36,647 nucleotides of DNA from the NCBI GenBank assembly GCA_020436955.1, contig JAGQWW010000001.1, forward strand, positions 1 to 36,647, given 5' to 3'. Every line of letters starts with the position of its first letter. Position 1 is the first letter of the stretch. Below, in pieces: positions 34,530-36,647 of this stretch. This stretch comes from Saprospiraceae bacterium (GTDB taxonomy: Bacteria; Bacteroidota; Bacteroidia; Chitinophagales; Saprospiraceae). Position numbers and translations under genes: made by a program. A model generated the notes under the pieces. The model was not told where the DNA came from. It saw only the letters and a program-made list of their open reading frames with translations, and searched no databases.

Positions 34530-35165
34530 ATGGCGAAGAAGAAAAAATATTACGTAGTATGGGTTGGAAATAATCCCGGCATCTATGATAGCTGGCCCGA
34601 TGCGCAAGCTCAGATTAAGGGTTTTCCAAATGCTCGCTACAAATCTTTTTCAACCTTTGAAGAAGCCAGTGAAGCTTATCATGGAAGTGCCAGAAGCTAC
34701 ATTACTAAGAAGGATCCTAAAAGTAAAAAGCCCACATCCGTTCCTTCCAGTGCAAATGTTGAATGGAACAGTATATCTGTTGACGCCGCTTGTAGTGGAA
34801 ATCCAGGTGTTATGGAATATCAGGGAGTGGATACTAAAACCAAGGAACAGATTTTTTATCAGGGCCCATTCCCGGATGCAACCAATAATGTTGGCGAATT
34901 TTTAGCCCTGGTACACGCGCTTGCAAGATTTCAAAAGATGGGAGATGAGTCGACGCCAATATATACGGATTCAAAAACGGCCATGGCCTGGGTTCGAAAG
35001 AAAAAAGTGAATACTCAATTGAAAAGAACCGCTAAAAACAAGATAGTTTTTGAATTGATGGAAAGAGCCGAAGCCTGGTTGAAAGTGAATACTTACAAGA
35101 ATCCTATAATCAAGTGGGAGACTGAACATTGGGGTGAAATACCTGCTGATTTCGGTCGAAAATAA
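34530..35165 (+). CDS. rnhA: Ribonuclease H1-type enzyme with N-terminal hybrid-binding (viroplasmin-like) domain
   Basis: From ATG 34530, KKYYVVWVGNNPGIYDSWPDAQAQIKGFPNARYKSFSTFEEASEAY is a classic HBD. The RNase H core carries the catalytic residues in VDAACSGNPG (Asp), NNVGEFLAL (Glu) and IYTDS (Asp). Confidence 0.85.
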   Translation: MAKKKKYYVVWVGNNPGIYDSWPDAQAQIKGFPNARYKSFSTFEEASEAYHGSARSYITKKDPKSKKPTSVPSSANVEWNSISVDAACSGNPGVMEYQGVDTKTKEQIFYQGPFPDATNNVGEFLALVHALARFQKMGDESTPIYTDSKTAMAWVRKKKVNTQLKRTAKNKIVFELMERAEAWLKVNTYKNPIIKWETEHWGEIPADFGRK

Positions 35166-35235
35166 CAAGTCCACAACTGAGACACTTTATTTCTGCAGTT
35201 TAGCTTTTGGATCCTTTAATTTTGGAAAAAAAGCT

Positions 35236-36504
35236 ATGACTGAAGAATTTTTGCACTTCCTGTGGAACACCCACAGGTTTGATCTCCGCGACCTAAAAAC
35301 GACTGACAATAAGTCTGTGATTATCAAAAAATTTGGTGTACTCAATACCAATGCAGGTCCTGACTTTCTGGATGCCCGGGTAATTATTGATGGCACTTTG
35401 TGGGCCGGGAATATAGAATTCCACATCCTTTCCTCTGATTGGTATAAACACAAACACAACCTGGATCGCGCTTATGACAACGTAATTTTACACATTGTAC
35501 TGGAAGAAAATGAAAAGGTTTACCGTGACAACGTACACCCTATTCCTTGTGTGGAAGTTAAGAGAAGAGTACCCCGAAACATCCAATTGAAATATGTAGA
35601 CTTACTCACACAAACCAAATGGATACCTTGCGAAAAGATGTTACCTCAGGTTCCTGAACTTACAAAGACTATGTGGTTGCAAAAGGTTTTAGTAGAGAGA
35701 ATAGAGGAAAAAACAACACTCTTAAAAGAGGTATTACACCAAAATCAAAATGATTGGGAAAAAAGTTTCTATATCTACTTGGCAAGGCATTTTGGCGTGA
35801 AAATCAACCAGGAACCCTTTGAAACTTTAGCACGGATTACCCCACTTCATATTATTCAAAAACATAGTGCTAATCTTTTTGAATTGGAAGCTATTCTTTT
35901 TGGTCAGGCAGGTTTTTTGGAGGAACCTTTCAATGCTGAATACCCTTTATCATTACAAAAAGAATATCGCTTCCTGAAAGTAAAGTATGGTTTACAAGCC
36001 ATGGAAAAGTCCAATTGGAAATTTTTCAGGTTGCGCCCGGTAGCATTCCCGACACTTCGAATAGCTCAATTTGCTGCCTTTCTTCATCAGGACGCACGAC
36101 CTTTTTCAACCCTAATTAGTCAGAACAGTATTTTTGAACTAGAAAAGTACTTTAAGGTAGAAACGTCAACCTATTGGCATCAACATTATAATTTTGAAAA
36201 GGAAGGTAAACAGTTGCCCAAACATTCCGGTGGGACCATGATTCATCGATTAATCATCAATGCAGCTGTTCCTGCGCTATTTTTATATGGTAAGTGGAAA
36301 GGAAAAGATGAGTTGAAGGAAGTGGCTTTTGATCTCCTGGAACAAATTCCGGGAGAAGAAAATAAAATTATCAGGACTTGGAATAAATTGGGTCTAAAAG
36401 CTGATACATCCGCTGATTCGCAGGCATTAATTCATCTCAAAACCAGATACTGTGATCCTCAACGTTGTCTGGAATGTTCGCTTGGTACGAGTCTATTACG
36501 GTAA
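35236..36504 (+). CDS. DUF2851 family protein
   Basis: The N-terminus MTEEFLHFLWNTHRFDLRDLKTTDN ... NAGPDFLDARVIIDGTLWAGNIEFHILSSDWYKHKH matches my memory of the DUF2851 family. C-terminal CxxC motif (PQRCLECSLG). Confidence 0.75.
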   Translation: MTEEFLHFLWNTHRFDLRDLKTTDNKSVIIKKFGVLNTNAGPDFLDARVIIDGTLWAGNIEFHILSSDWYKHKHNLDRAYDNVILHIVLEENEKVYRDNVHPIPCVEVKRRVPRNIQLKYVDLLTQTKWIPCEKMLPQVPELTKTMWLQKVLVERIEEKTTLLKEVLHQNQNDWEKSFYIYLARHFGVKINQEPFETLARITPLHIIQKHSANLFELEAILFGQAGFLEEPFNAEYPLSLQKEYRFLKVKYGLQAMEKSNWKFFRLRPVAFPTLRIAQFAAFLHQDARPFSTLISQNSIFELEKYFKVETSTYWHQHYNFEKEGKQLPKHSGGTMIHRLIINAAVPALFLYGKWKGKDELKEVAFDLLEQIPGEENKIIRTWNKLGLKADTSADSQALIHLKTRYCDPQRCLECSLGTSLLR

Positions 36505-36505
36505 C

Positions 36506-36647
36506 CTAATTAGTTTTGACGAGCTTTTTTATAAAGGAGTTCTTCTCAGTAAAAAAAATAAAAAAATAGATGCCGGAAGGTCCCTTAAGGTGGATGGTAT
36601 CGTCGATAAATTTAAAGGGAACCTCTTTTCCTTGTTGATCATATAAA
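36506..36647 (-). CDS. 3' end of a secreted protein gene ending in a T9SS (Por) C-terminal sorting domain; the 5' part lies outside the window
   Basis: Hand translation of the minus strand gives LYDQQGKEVPFKFIDDTIHLKGPSGIYFFIFFTEKNSFIKKLVKTN-stop. This has the typical T9SS CTD ending (YD..G+.V ... L..GIYF ... KKLVK). It is absent from the ORF track because no start codon lies in the window. Confidence 0.65.
   Translation of the reverse strand, partial: LYDQQGKEVPFKFIDDTIHLKGPSGIYFFIFFTEKNSFIKKLVKTN

Noticed and set aside
34564-34905. 113-aa alternative-frame ORF inside the RNase H gene
   Set aside because: It overlaps the frame carrying clear HBD and RNase H motifs, and I recognised no motifs of its own.
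36452-36646. 64-aa plus-strand ORF at the right edge
   Set aside because: It overlaps the end of the DUF2851 gene and lies antisense to a convincing T9SS C-terminal domain frame. Its sequence is low-complexity.

Overview
This is a chromosomal segment of a Bacteroidota-type genome. Supporting signs are TAnnTTTG -7 promoter boxes close to start codons, no obvious Shine-Dalgarno sequences, a T9SS C-terminal sorting domain, a PadR-PspC gene pair, and a ClpP with the Bacteroidota-style N-terminal extension. The first ~24 kb is mostly housekeeping and envelope genes: a partial tRNA-Leu, tig-clpP-clpX, PadR plus a split PspC-domain gene, xerD, dut, a TPR protein, a histidine kinase, an MlaFE-like ABC pair, alkaline phosphatase, aminopeptidase P, an ECF sigma factor and a ComM/YifB ATPase. 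The accessory part is at about 24.3-33.7 kb. It holds a Sec-type (clade II-like) nitrous oxide reductase cluster in the order nosZ, small cupin, nosB-like membrane protein, nosL, fasciclin lipoprotein, nosD, nosF, nosY. Transcribed divergently from it is a three-gene unit: an Rrf2 Fe-S regulator, a monohaem cytochrome c lipoprotein, and a 12-TM His-rich (possibly NnrS-like) membrane protein. The shared 260-bp control region carries a 30-bp near-perfect palindrome and two FNR/CRP-like boxes. Other points worth a second look are an A10 tract that splits the PspC gene with the downstream frame open across the gap, a GGATT-based tandem repeat between convergent genes, and a 40-codon single-TM ORF absent from the ORF track that has its own promoter motif and strong terminator. 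I saw no CRISPR array, IS element, prophage or recognisable defence system. All functional calls come from motif and family recognition by eye, not from database searches.
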